A stretch of 64,000 nt of DNA, taken from positions 91,907 through 155,906 of the forward strand of contig CBINJM010000004.1 of the NCBI GenBank assembly GCA_966251025.1. The letters are read 5' to 3'. Position numbers and translations under genes: made by a program. Positions 1 to 9,496 of the stretch are shown here, one piece after another (positions within the stretch are counted from its first letter, which is position 1; the number at the start of each line of letters is the position of its first letter). The stretch comes from an uncultured Erythrobacteraceae bacterium. Its GTDB lineage: Bacteria > Pseudomonadota > Alphaproteobacteria > Sphingomonadales > Sphingomonadaceae. Under the pieces are notes generated by a model that was not told the origin of the DNA, searched no databases, and saw only the letters and a program-made list of their open reading frames with translations.

Positions 1-162
1 GCACGCGGACCTTTCGTCCTCCGCGCCCTCACGCACCGAGCGTGGCGGAACTGGCCCGGCACAAAGCCTTCGTGGAAGCGTTGGAATCACCACTCTGGAC
101 GCAATGAGGCCCATCGCGGCACATCGGGCGTTCCGGATGAACGAGAAGGAGAATCCCCCCCC

Positions 163-726
163 ATGGATATCGTCGTGTCCGGCCATCAGATGGAAACCGG
201 CGCCGCCCTGCAGGAGCATGCGAGCGACCGACTGAACGCGATCATCGAAAAGTACTTCAGTCGCGCGCAGGCCTCGACGGTAACTTTCGGCAAGGCTCCG
301 GCGAGTGCCTTCGACTGTAACATCGTGCTGCACGTCAACAATGGCCTCATCCTGAAGAGCAACGGGCGGGCGCAGGACGCGCATCTCGCGCTCGACGAGG
401 CGGCCGCAAAGATCGAAAAACAGCTTCGGCGTTACAAGCGACGGCTGAAGGACCGGCATGAGCAGGCGGCGGAAGCCGCGCGCGTGGAAGACGCGGCTTA
501 CACCGTCTTCGCGAGTGATGAGGCGGAAGCAGAGGAAGTGGCCGATGCACCTCCGGTGATCGCGGAGACGCGGATCGACGTGCCGGAAGTGAGCGTGTCC
601 GATGCCGTGATGCTGCTCGATCTTCGGCATACATCTGCGCTTTTCTTCAAGAATGCTGGCACCGGGCGCCACAATATGGTTTATCGGCGCGATGACGGTT
701 CGATCGGGTGGGTCGAACCGGCCTAA
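163..726 (+). CDS. hpf: ribosome hibernation promoting factor (long HPF / RaiA family)
   Basis: 187-aa ORF. The N-terminus (MDIVVSGHQMETG...LNAIIEKYF) is typical of the S30AE/RaiA fold. The C-terminal domain ends ...MVYRRDDGSIGWVEP, typical of long HPFs. It lies directly upstream of ptsN, a conserved arrangement. Confidence 0.9.
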   Translation: MDIVVSGHQMETGAALQEHASDRLNAIIEKYFSRAQASTVTFGKAPASAFDCNIVLHVNNGLILKSNGRAQDAHLALDEAAAKIEKQLRRYKRRLKDRHEQAAEAARVEDAAYTVFASDEAEAEEVADAPPVIAETRIDVPEVSVSDAVMLLDLRHTSALFFKNAGTGRHNMVYRRDDGSIGWVEPA

Positions 727-840
727 GCGGGCGCACCCACACCGCCACACTGTCCAGTCGGCCGACCGGAGCACAGGCTCCGCAGGCCGGCTGGCCGCGC
801 ACGCCAAAACAATGCAAGTCCAGATCGTGAAGCCTGACCA

Positions 841-1302
841 ATGAATCCCTTGTTCTCGATGAAGCCGGAGGCGGTAGGCATCGTCGATCTGGCCGATAAA
901 CCGGCCATCCTGCGCTCTCTCAGCCAATGTTTCGCGACAGCATGGGATCTGGACCAGGATGCGGTTCTGGAACGGCTTGAAGAGCGCGAGCGGCTCGGCA
1001 GCACCGGCTTCGGCCGCGGGGTCGCGATTCCCCACGCCCGCTTTCCCGGGCTTGCGCGGCCCGTCACGGCGCTGCTCAAGCTTCGGCACCCGGTGGACTT
1101 CAGCGCCGCCGACCGCCTGCCGGTGGATCTGGTCTTTGGCCTCCTTTCGCCGGAAAACAGCGGCGCCACGCACCTTCATGCGCTCGCCGCCATCTCTCGT
1201 TTGGTGCGGGATGAGCGGGTGCATGAGGCGCTGAGCGAGGCGCCGGACGTCGAAGCGCTGTTCAGTCTGGTAACGAATGCCACGGACCGCGACGCCGCCT
1301 GA
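841..1302 (+). CDS. ptsN: PTS EIIA-Ntr nitrogen regulatory protein PtsN
   Basis: 153-aa ORF with the EIIA(Fru/Ntr) motif ...RERLGSTGFGRGVAIPHARFPGL... including the phospho-histidine context. It sits downstream of hpf. Confidence 0.85.
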   Translation: MNPLFSMKPEAVGIVDLADKPAILRSLSQCFATAWDLDQDAVLERLEERERLGSTGFGRGVAIPHARFPGLARPVTALLKLRHPVDFSAADRLPVDLVFGLLSPENSGATHLHALAAISRLVRDERVHEALSEAPDVEALFSLVTNATDRDAA

Positions 1303-1759
1303 ACCTGCGCTCAGCGGCGCCGAGCTCCACTACCGGGCGCTCGAATCACTCTACGCCTCGGCGCCGATCAACCGGCTGTTCGAATCGCGGCTGGAGATCA
1401 TCGGCCACGGCCATGCGCGCATCCACTTCAGCGTCGATGAGCGGCTGCATCATGCCGCCGGAGCCGCGCATGGAACGGTCTACTTCAAGATGCTGGACGA
1501 TGCGGCATTCTACGCCGCCAACTCGCTGGTCAGCGACCGCTTTCTGCTGACCACGGCCTTCAACCTGCATTTCACCCGGCCGATTCGAAGCGGCTCCGTC
1601 GTGGCGGAGGGGCGCTGGGTGAGTGGCAAGCGCCGCGTCTTCATCGCCGAGGCGAACCTCGTGGACGAGGATGGCGAGGAGATCGGGCGAGGAACGGGCA
1701 CCTTCCTGCGCTCCCACATCCCGCTCTCCAGCCTACCCGGCTATGGCGGTCTGCGGTGA
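1277..1759 (+). CDS. PaaI-family hotdog-fold thioesterase
   Basis: 160-aa ORF. The patterns ...HHAAGAAHGTVYFKMLDDAAFYAA... and ...GRWVSGKRRVFIAEANLVDEDGEEIGRGTGTF... are typical of PaaI/YbgC-type thioesterases. The ATG overlaps the ptsN 3' end by 26 nt, so the exact start is uncertain. Confidence 0.7.
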   Translation: MPRTATPPEPALSGAELHYRALESLYASAPINRLFESRLEIIGHGHARIHFSVDERLHHAAGAAHGTVYFKMLDDAAFYAANSLVSDRFLLTTAFNLHFTRPIRSGSVVAEGRWVSGKRRVFIAEANLVDEDGEEIGRGTGTFLRSHIPLSSLPGYGGLR

Positions 1760-2079
1760 GCGACCGGCTGCCGGCGCATCTGGAAGTTTCCGGGATCATT
1801 CGCGCGGTGGAGGCTGCCGGCGGCTTCGCCACCGTCGTCGCCAAGGGCGAGCGGGATGCCGGCACGTTGCTGCTGATCTGTTGCGAACGGGGCACACAGG
1901 CGCGCGCTCTGGAACGGATGCCACAGCCGGACGGAACCCGTGCCTGGAGCGAAGCTCGCATGCAGGATCCTGAAAACCCGGCGGATTTCTGGAACTACAT
2001 CGAACGAAGAAAGGCGCAGGACAGCGACCTCTGGATCGTTGAGCTGGATATCGCCGGGGCTGAACGCTTCATCCCGTAA
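1756..2079 (+). CDS. DUF1491 family protein
   Basis: 107-aa ORF (MSDRLPAHLEVSGIIRAVEAAGGFATVVAKGERDAGTLLLI...LWIVELD) matching my recollection of alphaproteobacterial DUF1491. Its GTG start forms a GTGA overlap with the upstream stop codon. Confidence 0.7.
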   Translation: MSDRLPAHLEVSGIIRAVEAAGGFATVVAKGERDAGTLLLICCERGTQARALERMPQPDGTRAWSEARMQDPENPADFWNYIERRKAQDSDLWIVELDIAGAERFIP

Positions 2080-2282
2080 GCAAGGCCTGCATGTTGACTA
2101 ATAGGACAACAACCATCAATGCCCTCGCTTCTTCAGTAGCGCAGGACGAGGCACCGCATCATGGCGGGGTCCGGACGCGCAGACGGGGAGTGGCCGGCAG
2201 GCCAGTGAATCGCGGCGTTTCGGGTTGTTAACAACCGCGATCATGGACCTGCGCAAGGCGCTCACCGCCCTGAGCAACAGGA

Positions 2283-2954
2283 TTGATGAGCCGCAAGACC
2301 CAACGTGCCGGGGCAGTCGCCACGGCGCTTATGATGATTGTTACGCTGTTCGCCGCGCAAGGTTCCGGCGCAGCAGCACAAAGTGAAGACTATCAGGTCC
2401 TTCCGGCGGCCGAAGTGCAGCCGACAGACCTTCCTGTCTTCGAGCCCACGCCTGATGAGCAGGGCGATCCCCAATTCGTATCCGAACCCGTCGTTCAGCC
2501 TTTGCCGGAAGGTGAAGAGCTTGAGGATTTGCAGGTGGATTCCCTGCGAGAGCTGGTCGCCGAGATCGGGTTTGATCAGGATATGTCGCGGGAACTTCGC
2601 TGCCTCGCGCAAGCCATCTATTTCGAGGCCCGTGGCGAGCCACTGGCAGGTCAGCTCGCCGTCGGGCGGGTGATCGTCAACCGCGCCCGGTCGCCGCTGT
2701 TTCCGGACGATTATTGTTCGGTCGTCAAGCAGCCTGCACAGTTCTCGTTCGTCCGCAGTGGCCGCATCCCTGCCGTCCGGACCAACTCTGTCGCTTGGCA
2801 GCGGGCTCAGGCCATCGCTCGCATCGCGCATCAGGAACTGTGGGATAGCGAAGCACAGGACGCGCTGTTCTTCCACGCCACTTACGCGCGGCCCGGCTGG
2901 GCACGCACCAAGCTGGCGCGCGCCACCATCGACAGCCATATCTTCTATCGCTGA
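2283..2954 (+). CDS. cell wall hydrolase, SleB family (secreted)
   Basis: 223-aa ORF with an N-terminal signal peptide. It carries the SleB hydrolase_2 motif ...RCLAQAIYFEARGEPLAGQLAVGRVIVNRARSPLFPDDYCSVVKQPAQFSF... Confidence 0.8.
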   Translation: MMSRKTQRAGAVATALMMIVTLFAAQGSGAAAQSEDYQVLPAAEVQPTDLPVFEPTPDEQGDPQFVSEPVVQPLPEGEELEDLQVDSLRELVAEIGFDQDMSRELRCLAQAIYFEARGEPLAGQLAVGRVIVNRARSPLFPDDYCSVVKQPAQFSFVRSGRIPAVRTNSVAWQRAQAIARIAHQELWDSEAQDALFFHATYARPGWARTKLARATIDSHIFYR

Positions 2955-2978
2955 GTGGGTCGCCCCGGGTGGGCTGGT

Positions 2979-3749
2979 TCAGGCCAGTTCCACCCAAACG
3001 GGCGCGTGGTCGCTGGCCTTTTCGCGACCTCGATAGGCCTTGTCCACGCCTGCAGCGACCAGCCGGTCCGCACATTCGGGCGAGAGCAGCAGGTGATCGA
3101 TGCGGAAGCCATGGTCTCGCTGCCAGGCGCCCGCCTGATAGTCCCAGAACGTCCATACGCCGCCCTGAGGGTTCAGGGTGGCGATCGCGTCCGTCCATCC
3201 ATCGTTGAGGATGCGAGCATAGGCGTCCCGGCTTTCGGGCTGCATCAGTGCGTCGTCCGCCATTGCCCGAACGGACCACGTGTCCGCATCAGTGGGGATC
3301 ACGTTGAAATCGCCCACCACCACTGTCGGGATCTCGCAGGCGAGCAGCTCGCCCAGCCGCTCACGCAGGCGGCGCATCCAGGCGAGCTTGTAGTCGAACT
3401 TCGGCCCTGGCTGTGGGTTTCCGTTGGGAAGGTAGAGGTTGACGATACGCACGCCGCCAACGTCAGCCTCGATGTAGCGGGCCTGCACATCCTCCGGATC
3501 ACCCGGCAGGCCGCGGCCCGCCTCCACCGGCTGCGCGCCATCGGCGAGGATGGCGACCCCATTGAAGCCCTTCTGCCCGTGCCAGATCGCCTGATAGCCG
3601 ATCTTCTCGAACTCGGCGGCGGGGAAGGTCTCGTCCTGGGACTTGATCTCCTGCAGGCAGGCGACGGACGGGCGGGTCTCCTCAAGCCATTCCAGCAGGC
3701 GGGGCAGGCGCGCCTTCACGCCGTTGATGTTGAAGCTGGCGATCTTCAC
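2979..3749 (-). CDS. xthA: exodeoxyribonuclease III
   Basis: 256-aa ORF (MKIASFNINGVKARLPRLLEWLEE...CLQEIK...SDHAPVWVEL), a full-length EEP-family Xth signature. Confidence 0.9.
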   Translation of the reverse strand: MKIASFNINGVKARLPRLLEWLEETRPSVACLQEIKSQDETFPAAEFEKIGYQAIWHGQKGFNGVAILADGAQPVEAGRGLPGDPEDVQARYIEADVGGVRIVNLYLPNGNPQPGPKFDYKLAWMRRLRERLGELLACEIPTVVVGDFNVIPTDADTWSVRAMADDALMQPESRDAYARILNDGWTDAIATLNPQGGVWTFWDYQAGAWQRDHGFRIDHLLLSPECADRLVAAGVDKAYRGREKASDHAPVWVELA

Positions 3750-3763
3750 CGGTGCCGGACGCC

Positions 3764-4093
3764 TCAGATGCCGAAGCTGGAGCCGCAGCCGCAGCCGGCA
3801 GAGGCATTGGGGTTGTCCACGCGGAAGGCGGCCCCACCCAGCGACTCGACGAAGTCCACGGTGCAGCCGGCTACAAGATCGTGGCTGACAGGATCCACCA
3901 CCAGCCGGACGCCCGCGGTCTCCGTCACCAGGTCCTGCTCATCCGCCGTGTCCGCCAGATCGAACTTGTACTGGAAACCGGAACAGCCGCCTCCCTCCAC
4001 GGAGAGGCGCAGGATCGCCGGGCGGCCCTGCTTGCGGGCGATCAGGCCGACGCGCTCGGCAGCGGCATCGGTAAGGGTCAGTGCTCCAGCCAT
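3764..4093 (-). CDS. erpA: A-type iron-sulfur cluster carrier (ErpA/HesB family)
   Basis: The last 109 aa of the 277-aa ORF read MAGALTLTDAAAERV...LSVEGGGCSGFQYKF...NPNASAGCGCGSSFGI. The three conserved Cys and the C-terminal CGCG motif are present. An ATG was verified at 4093-4091. The upstream extension of the ORF overlaps the CBS gene and is an artefact. Confidence 0.85.
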   Translation of the reverse strand: MAGALTLTDAAAERVGLIARKQGRPAILRLSVEGGGCSGFQYKFDLADTADEQDLVTETAGVRLVVDPVSHDLVAGCTVDFVESLGGAAFRVDNPNASAGCGCGSSFGI

Positions 4094-4137
4094 GGGTGCG
4101 ATGTAGGGGCGCACACCGCCACGCTCAAGCGCCGTGC

Positions 4138-4566
4138 CTAGGCTGTGCGGATGTAATCGCGCATCGCCTGCGCCTCGCTCTCGATCATCTCCAGCCGATA
4201 CTTCACGATGTCGCCGATGGAGACGAACGCCACCAGCCGCCCGTTCTCGATGACCGGAAGGTGGCGGATGCGGCGCTTGGTCATCAGCGCGGCCGCTTCG
4301 ATCGCGCTGGTGGAGGGGTCCACGGTGATCGCCGGCGCCGTCATCACCTGGCTCACCGTCCAGTCCAGCACCGCCTCCCCGTCGCGCGCGACGCAATAGA
4401 GCAGGTCGCGCTCGGAGAAGATGCCGACCACCTCGTCCCCGCCAAGCACAGGCAGTGCGCCGATGCGCCGCTCGGCGAGCAGCCGGGCCGCCTCCCGAAC
4501 GGTCGTTTCGGGAGAGCAGCGGACGATGTCCTGCTGCCGGTTCGCGATGATGCGTCCAATGGTCAT
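4138..4566 (-). CDS. CBS domain-containing protein
   Basis: The 142-aa portion starting MTIGRIIANRQQDIVRCSPETTVREAARLL...IGALPV...RHLPVIENGRLVAFVSIGDIV shows a tandem CBS pair pattern. An ATG was verified at 4566. Confidence 0.8.
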   Translation of the reverse strand: MTIGRIIANRQQDIVRCSPETTVREAARLLAERRIGALPVLGGDEVVGIFSERDLLYCVARDGEAVLDWTVSQVMTAPAITVDPSTSAIEAAALMTKRRIRHLPVIENGRLVAFVSIGDIVKYRLEMIESEAQAMRDYIRTA

Positions 4567-4693
4567 CTGGAATCTCCCAACGTTCGCAGCCCCGCATTGT
4601 GCCTCCCCCATTGTGACACGGACCGGCCGGGGCGACCAGCCGGCGCGATCACCCCGTTTGCAACACGGGGCCGGAAAGGCCAAAAGGGCGCCA

Positions 4694-5014
4694 ATGGCCC
4701 GGCGCTCCCCGCTCGACGATCCGCGCATTGCCGCGCATGCCTGGCAGCGCTTTCGCCGGCTGCTGCGGCTGATGATGCTGCTGACCGTGGGCGCGGTCAT
4801 CGTGGCGCTGGTGCTGGTCTATCGCGACAGCGGCACGGCCTCTGCCCATATGTTCATCGCAACCGCGCTGGGCGTCGGCTGCTCGATGCTGTTGATGAGC
4901 GCGCTGATGGGCCTGGTCTTCCTCTCAAGCGGGACAGGCCATGACGAATCGATCGATGACCGACTGGAAGGCGGGGATCAGGAGTCCTGGGGCGACGAGG
5001 GCCGGAGGCGATAA
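4694..5014 (+). CDS. hypothetical small membrane protein
   Basis: The internal ATG at 4694 gives a 106-aa product with two hydrophobic segments ([20 protein letters not shown]; [24 protein letters not shown]). I recognise no family. The 3' end overlaps the convergent ferredoxin-like gene by 37 nt. Confidence 0.45.
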   Translation: MARRSPLDDPRIAAHAWQRFRRLLRLMMLLTVGAVIVALVLVYRDSGTASAHMFIATALGVGCSMLLMSALMGLVFLSSGTGHDESIDDRLEGGDQESWGDEGRRR

Positions 5015-5370
5015 CCGGCAACGGGCGTACCGCCGATCAGGTGCTCCTGGATGATGCGTTCGAGCACATCTTCCGTGCAGGAATGATACCACACGCCGTC
5101 AGGCCACACGACCGCGACCGGTCCCGCCTCGCAGATCTGCAGGCAGTCGGCCTTGGTCCGCTGCACCCCGCCCCTGCCGGCGATGCCAAGCTCCTTGAGG
5201 CGCCGCTTCAGGTACTTCCAGGCGCGCTCTCCCGTCTCGCGCCGGCAGCATTCCTGCTTTTCCGAGATCCCGCAGAGAAAGATATGGCGCTCGATCGAGT
5301 CACCGCCGATCTTGGCCAGTGCCCGTTCGGCCTTGGCGATGTCGCGCGTACTGGCGTGCTTGTCACTCAT
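4978..5370 (-). CDS. thioredoxin-like [2Fe-2S] ferredoxin-domain protein
   Basis: The 130-aa portion runs from MSDKHAST... The pattern ...[15 protein letters not shown]...[23 protein letters not shown]... resembles thioredoxin-like 2Fe-2S ferredoxins. An ATG was verified at 5370. Confidence 0.65.
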   Translation of the reverse strand: MSDKHASTRDIAKAERALAKIGGDSIERHIFLCGISEKQECCRRETGERAWKYLKRRLKELGIAGRGGVQRTKADCLQICEAGPVAVVWPDGVWYHSCTEDVLERIIQEHLIGGTPVAGYRLRPSSPQDS

Positions 5371-5410
5371 GCAACCCAACGTAGGCGCCGCGCAGGGCGG
5401 GGCAAGCGCT

Positions 5411-5860
5411 CTAGCGGTTGCGCTCCACGATCCTGACGATTTCCGCCTGCACCATCCGCTCGACAATCTCGGGCAGATTGGCGTCCAGCCATTCGGTCAA
5501 CATCGGCCGCAACATGGCCCTTGTCAGCGCCTCCAGCGAGGCATCGACGGAACTGCCGGACTGTGTGGAGGAACCCGGCCGGCTCAGCCGTTCGAGTGCG
5601 GCCAGCGACTCGCGGATGGAGCTTTCACCCTCCAGCTTCGGGAAGCCTTGACGGGCCGGCGCTGCGCCGTCAGCCGCACCCGCCTGCGGATTTCCACCGG
5701 CAGGCGGCTCCCTTTCGGAGAAAGCGAGCACTTCGCGAGCCTCGTCCTCGTCGGCGGGTTCGATCCCGCCACCGCCTGAGGGGCTAGCCTCCTCCCGCGC
5801 CATCACCTTCTTGATGGAGGCGAGGATCTCTTCGATCGAGGGTTCACCACCCTGCTGCAT
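5411..5860 (-). CDS. DUF2497 / PopZ-like protein
   Basis: 149-aa ORF. It has the N-terminal [15 protein letters not shown] motif, an acidic/Pro-rich linker and a conserved C-terminal helix region ([26 protein letters not shown]), as in alphaproteobacterial PopZ-like proteins. Confidence 0.6.
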   Translation of the reverse strand: MQQGGEPSIEEILASIKKVMAREEASPSGGGGIEPADEDEAREVLAFSEREPPAGGNPQAGAADGAAPARQGFPKLEGESSIRESLAALERLSRPGSSTQSGSSVDASLEALTRAMLRPMLTEWLDANLPEIVERMVQAEIVRIVERNR

Positions 5861-5874
5861 GTCACCTACGCCGA

Positions 5875-7398
5875 TTATTGGACCACGGGCTGGCGAAATT
5901 CCTCCGCGGGTTCTGCCGCGATGTTCGCACTTCCTTCCGGAATGTCCGCGTCCTGCGGTGGGATGTCAACGGTGCGGGGCGAGCGTGTCACCGGGTCCGG
6001 ATCCTTCGACCAATCCCAGATGATCGTCCGCACGCGCTCATAATTCTCGACCGGATCGTAGAGCGGCACGTCATCGCCGAGCCCCAGATCGCGCGCTTCC
6101 GCCAATCCCATGGCCGCCAGCAGCGAGAAGCCCGCGACATAGGCGTTGCGCCGCGCCGACACCAGCTGGACCTCCGCCGCAAGCAGCTCCTGCTGCGCGT
6201 TGAGGATGTCGAGGATCGTCCGGTTGCCGACGCTGTTCTCCGCCCGCACCCCTTCCAGGCTCAACTCGGCTGCCTCCACCGCCGTCTGGCTGGAGGCGAT
6301 GATCGCCTGCGAGGCGCGCCAGCTCGAATAGGCGGCGCGCACCTGCGAGATGACGCTGCGCTCCGCCGCCACCACCTGCTCCAGCGCAGCGGATGCCTGC
6401 GCCTGTGCCTGCCGCTGCTGCGCGGCGACCCGCCCGCCCTGGAACAGCGGCAGCGACAGGCGCACGCCCGCCTGCGCGCTGGTCGCCACCTGGTCCGCGC
6501 CGGTGGCCGCACCGGGAACGCTGCCCAGCGTGCCGAGGAAATTCTGGTAGCCCCCGGTTGCGAAGGTCTCGACCCGCGGAAGTCGCCCTGCGCCCGCGAC
6601 GCGGATGTCGTAGCCGGCAGCCTGGGCCCGCTCCGCCGCGGCGATCAGGTCCGGGTTGTTCTGCAGCGCAATGTTTACCGCCGCCTCCACATCCTCGGGC
6701 AAGCCCGGCAGCGGCGGAGGCGGCTGCAGATCGGTCGGCGCGGCGCCCACGAGCTGGATGTAGTTTTCGCGCGCGGTGATCAGGTTGGCTTCGGCCGTGC
6801 GCAGGTCGCCGCGAGCCAGCGCCAGCCGCGCTTCGGATTGAGCGACGTCGGTGCGCGTGAGGTCGCCGATCTGGAACCGGTCGCTCGTCGCTTCCAGGTT
6901 GACGGTCAGCACCTCGACATTGTTGCGCCTCAGGCCGACCAGCGCCTCGTTCGCGATGACGTCCATGTAGGCGGCGACGACCTGGCTGAACAGCGAGCTC
7001 TCCGTGCCCCGGAGGTCTGCGCGGCCGGCCTCCACCCGCGTCTCCGCCGCGCGAACCCCGTTCCGCACCGCGCCGCCCGAATAGATCGGCACGGCGAGGT
7101 TGAGAGAGGCCTGCGCGCTGCGCTGGGGGGCGATGAAGCTGGCCTGGTTCTGCTTCAGGAACTCGGTGAAGGTGCCGGATGTATCGACGCTCGGCAGGCC
7201 GGCCGCGCGCTGGATGGGCACATTCTCGTCCGTCGCGCGCAGGTTGGCTCGCGCCGCCTCCAGCGTCGGATTGGTGAGATAGGCCTGCACCAGCGCTTCC
7301 TGCAGCGTGTCGGCCGCCGCCGGGGCGGCAGCGATCAGGCACGCCGCAGGCAGCGGCAGCAGCCGCAAGATGCGGTTGCGCAAGGTCAGAAGGTCCAC
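5875..7398 (-). CDS. tolC: TolC-family outer membrane efflux protein
   Basis: 507-aa ORF with a signal peptide. It shows the repeated OEP pattern (TLQEALVQAYLTNPTLEAARANLRA..., ...LALQNNPDLIAAAERAQAA...). Confidence 0.85.
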   Translation of the reverse strand: MDLLTLRNRILRLLPLPAACLIAAAPAAADTLQEALVQAYLTNPTLEAARANLRATDENVPIQRAAGLPSVDTSGTFTEFLKQNQASFIAPQRSAQASLNLAVPIYSGGAVRNGVRAAETRVEAGRADLRGTESSLFSQVVAAYMDVIANEALVGLRRNNVEVLTVNLEATSDRFQIGDLTRTDVAQSEARLALARGDLRTAEANLITARENYIQLVGAAPTDLQPPPPLPGLPEDVEAAVNIALQNNPDLIAAAERAQAAGYDIRVAGAGRLPRVETFATGGYQNFLGTLGSVPGAATGADQVATSAQAGVRLSLPLFQGGRVAAQQRQAQAQASAALEQVVAAERSVISQVRAAYSSWRASQAIIASSQTAVEAAELSLEGVRAENSVGNRTILDILNAQQELLAAEVQLVSARRNAYVAGFSLLAAMGLAEARDLGLGDDVPLYDPVENYERVRTIIWDWSKDPDPVTRSPRTVDIPPQDADIPEGSANIAAEPAEEFRQPVVQ

Positions 7399-7991
7399 TT
7401 CTTCGGAGCAGCGAATTCCGGCAGCACCGGGATGCCGACTTCCGCCACCGGAAGCAGCGCCGCCGCCCCCGCTGCGATGCGGCCCACCGCCACCTGCGTC
7501 ACCCCTTCACTGAGATGTCCGGTGACGATCCGCCCGTCGGGCGCCAGAAGCGCAATCAGCGCCTGCGGAATCTGCTCGACAGCACCGTCAATCATCAGAA
7601 GCGTGAAATCGGAGCCTTCGGCCTTGCCGCTTGCCCCGGCCACCGGGTCGATCACTTCCACCGAAGCGACGAGCGGGCGGAGCACCTCCGCCATATATCC
7701 GCTCCCGCCATCGACCAGCAGCACCCGGTCGCTGTCCTTCGGCAGCGCTTCCTGCAGCATCAGGCCCTGCACCTCCGGCGCGGGAAGCCAGCGGCCGCCG
7801 CCCAGCGGCACGGCGCGATCCATGTAGGCGACACTCCGCAGCGCCTCCGGCACGAAGCGCTCTCGCGGCACCTCGCCCATCCGCCGCAGCACGAAGGGCG
7901 CATTGACGCCACTGGTGCGCAGCTGGCTGTCGATCATCGCCTTGCGGGCGATTTCATATCCGGCCTCGGGCCGGTCCTCCACGATCGTCAC
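7386..7991 (-). CDS. protein-L-isoaspartate O-methyltransferase family protein
   Basis: 201-aa ORF (...MIDSQLRTSGV...VPRERFVP...) with a SAM-binding-like segment VLLVDGGSGYMAEVL. It sits next to tolC, as is commonly seen in alphaproteobacteria. Confidence 0.7.
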   Translation of the reverse strand: MTIVEDRPEAGYEIARKAMIDSQLRTSGVNAPFVLRRMGEVPRERFVPEALRSVAYMDRAVPLGGGRWLPAPEVQGLMLQEALPKDSDRVLLVDGGSGYMAEVLRPLVASVEVIDPVAGASGKAEGSDFTLLMIDGAVEQIPQALIALLAPDGRIVTGHLSEGVTQVAVGRIAAGAAALLPVAEVGIPVLPEFAAPKKWTF

Positions 7992-8197
7992 TGGTGCAAG
8001 TCTCTCGTCCCCGGGTCAGCCCGCCTTTAGGCGAAAAGGCGGCAGCAGGCCAAGGGCTTTGACTTGCGTCGCCGGTCCATGCGGAGCGGCCTGCTGGCCG
8101 CAGCGAGGCCGCAGGTGCCACGTCGCATCGACCAAGAGCCGATTTCGATCGATACCGGTACTGGCGCCACACCCGCGGGCGGCGCTAATGCCGGGCA

Positions 8198-9496
8198 ATG
8201 GACAGGGATCGGGCCACGGGCCGCGACGGATCAGGCGCGGAAGAAGACATCGCGCGCGTGCCCTTTGCCACGGTGCTGGCCTCGGTGGTGGGCTTGTGGC
8301 TCTGCTACTTCCTGCTGACCACGGCGCGCGGGGACTTGCTCGATCTCGGCTTCGAGCAGGAGATTCTCTGGCGCCGTGCGCTCGCCTGTCTCGCGGGCAT
8401 CGCCATCACGCTGGGCCTGTGGCTGGTGCTTCGGCTGTTCGACAGTGTCGCGCTCTGGGCCAAGATCTCGGCCGCGCTGCTTCTGTCGCTGCCGGTGGCG
8501 CTGGCGATCGCGCAGGCCAACCGGCTGATCTTCGCCGACATGGAAGAGCGGGTGTTCAGCCGCGTGGCCGAGCAGCGCGGGTTCGTCGTGCGGCGCAGCG
8601 GGGCAGGGGACCTGCTGGTCGACATCCCAGGCGCCTCGCTGCCGGCGGTCCCCAGCCCGCTTTCGGCGACGGATTCGATCACGGTTCGCGCCGATCAATG
8701 GCTCGGCTCCAGCTCCGACCAGCTGATCGAGCTCTTGTTCGGCCGCTATTTCATGATGCTCGCCTGGTGCGCCCTGTATCTTGCCCTGCTGGCGGGCGAG
8801 AAGGCGCGGGCGGCGGAGCGGCGCGAGGGCGCCTATCGCCGCGCAGCCAAGGCGGCAGAGCTGCGATCGCTGCGCTACCAGGTCAATCCGCACTTCCTGT
8901 TCAACACGCTCAATTCGCTGTCGGCCCTGGTGCTCACCGGGCGCAAGGACGCGGCGGAGAAGATGATCCAGACGCTCTCCACCTTCTACCGCCGCAGCCT
9001 GGCCGAAGACCCCACCGCCGACGTTCCGCTGCGCGAGGAGTTCGCGCTGCAGAAGATGTATCTTGATATCGAGGCCGTCCGCTTCCCCCAGCGGCTGCGG
9101 GCCGAATACGACCTGCCGCCGAAGCTGGCGGAGGCGAGGGTGCCCGGCATGATCCTGCAGCCGCTGGTCGAGAATTCGGTCAAACATGCCATCGCGCCGT
9201 CTTCCAGCAAGGTGACGATCACATTATCCGCCCGTGAGGAATATGGCCGGCTGGTGATCACCGTCGCCGATGACGGCGATGCGGCGGCGCGCAGGGAAGA
9301 GCCGCAGGGTGGGTTCGGCATAGGCCTTGCAAATGTGCGCGAACGGCTGGAAGCGCGCTTCGGCAGCGATGCCAGCATCGTCTCGGGCAAGGGGCCCGGG
9401 GGATATGTGACGCATCTGCGCCTGCCGCTGATCGGGCTTCAGGGGGACGGGGAACATGAGCAAGGCCGACGGCGCGCTTCGCACTCTGATCGTTGA
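8198..9496 (+). CDS. sensor histidine kinase, LytS/His_kinase (PF06580-like) family
   Basis: 432-aa ORF with an N-terminal multi-TM region. It carries the signature LRYQVNPHFLFNTLNSLSALV and an HATPase segment ILQPLVENSVKHA...GFGIGLANVRERL. The 3' end overlaps the cognate regulator by 41 nt. Confidence 0.8.
   Translation: MDRDRATGRDGSGAEEDIARVPFATVLASVVGLWLCYFLLTTARGDLLDLGFEQEILWRRALACLAGIAITLGLWLVLRLFDSVALWAKISAALLLSLPVALAIAQANRLIFADMEERVFSRVAEQRGFVVRRSGAGDLLVDIPGASLPAVPSPLSATDSITVRADQWLGSSSDQLIELLFGRYFMMLAWCALYLALLAGEKARAAERREGAYRRAAKAAELRSLRYQVNPHFLFNTLNSLSALVLTGRKDAAEKMIQTLSTFYRRSLAEDPTADVPLREEFALQKMYLDIEAVRFPQRLRAEYDLPPKLAEARVPGMILQPLVENSVKHAIAPSSSKVTITLSAREEYGRLVITVADDGDAAARREEPQGGFGIGLANVRERLEARFGSDASIVSGKGPGGYVTHLRLPLIGLQGDGEHEQGRRRASHSDR

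Noticed and set aside
1-162. Possible 3' end of rpoN or lptB upstream of hpf, and a GGAAC at 47-51
   Set aside because: None of the three forward frames shows an RpoN box or an LptB C-terminus. One frame ends at 105-107, but I cannot identify its product. The GGAAC has no CGTT/AGTT at a 16-17-nt spacing.
3764-4597. 277-aa extended version of the erpA ORF
   Set aside because: The ErpA homology starts at the ATG at 4093. The N-terminal extension overlaps the CBS-domain gene and is low-complexity.
5878-7827. 649-aa ORF antisense to tolC and the methyltransferase gene
   Set aside because: This is the same high-GC antisense artefact. It spans two genuine genes on the other strand and has a biased Arg/Ala/Gly composition.
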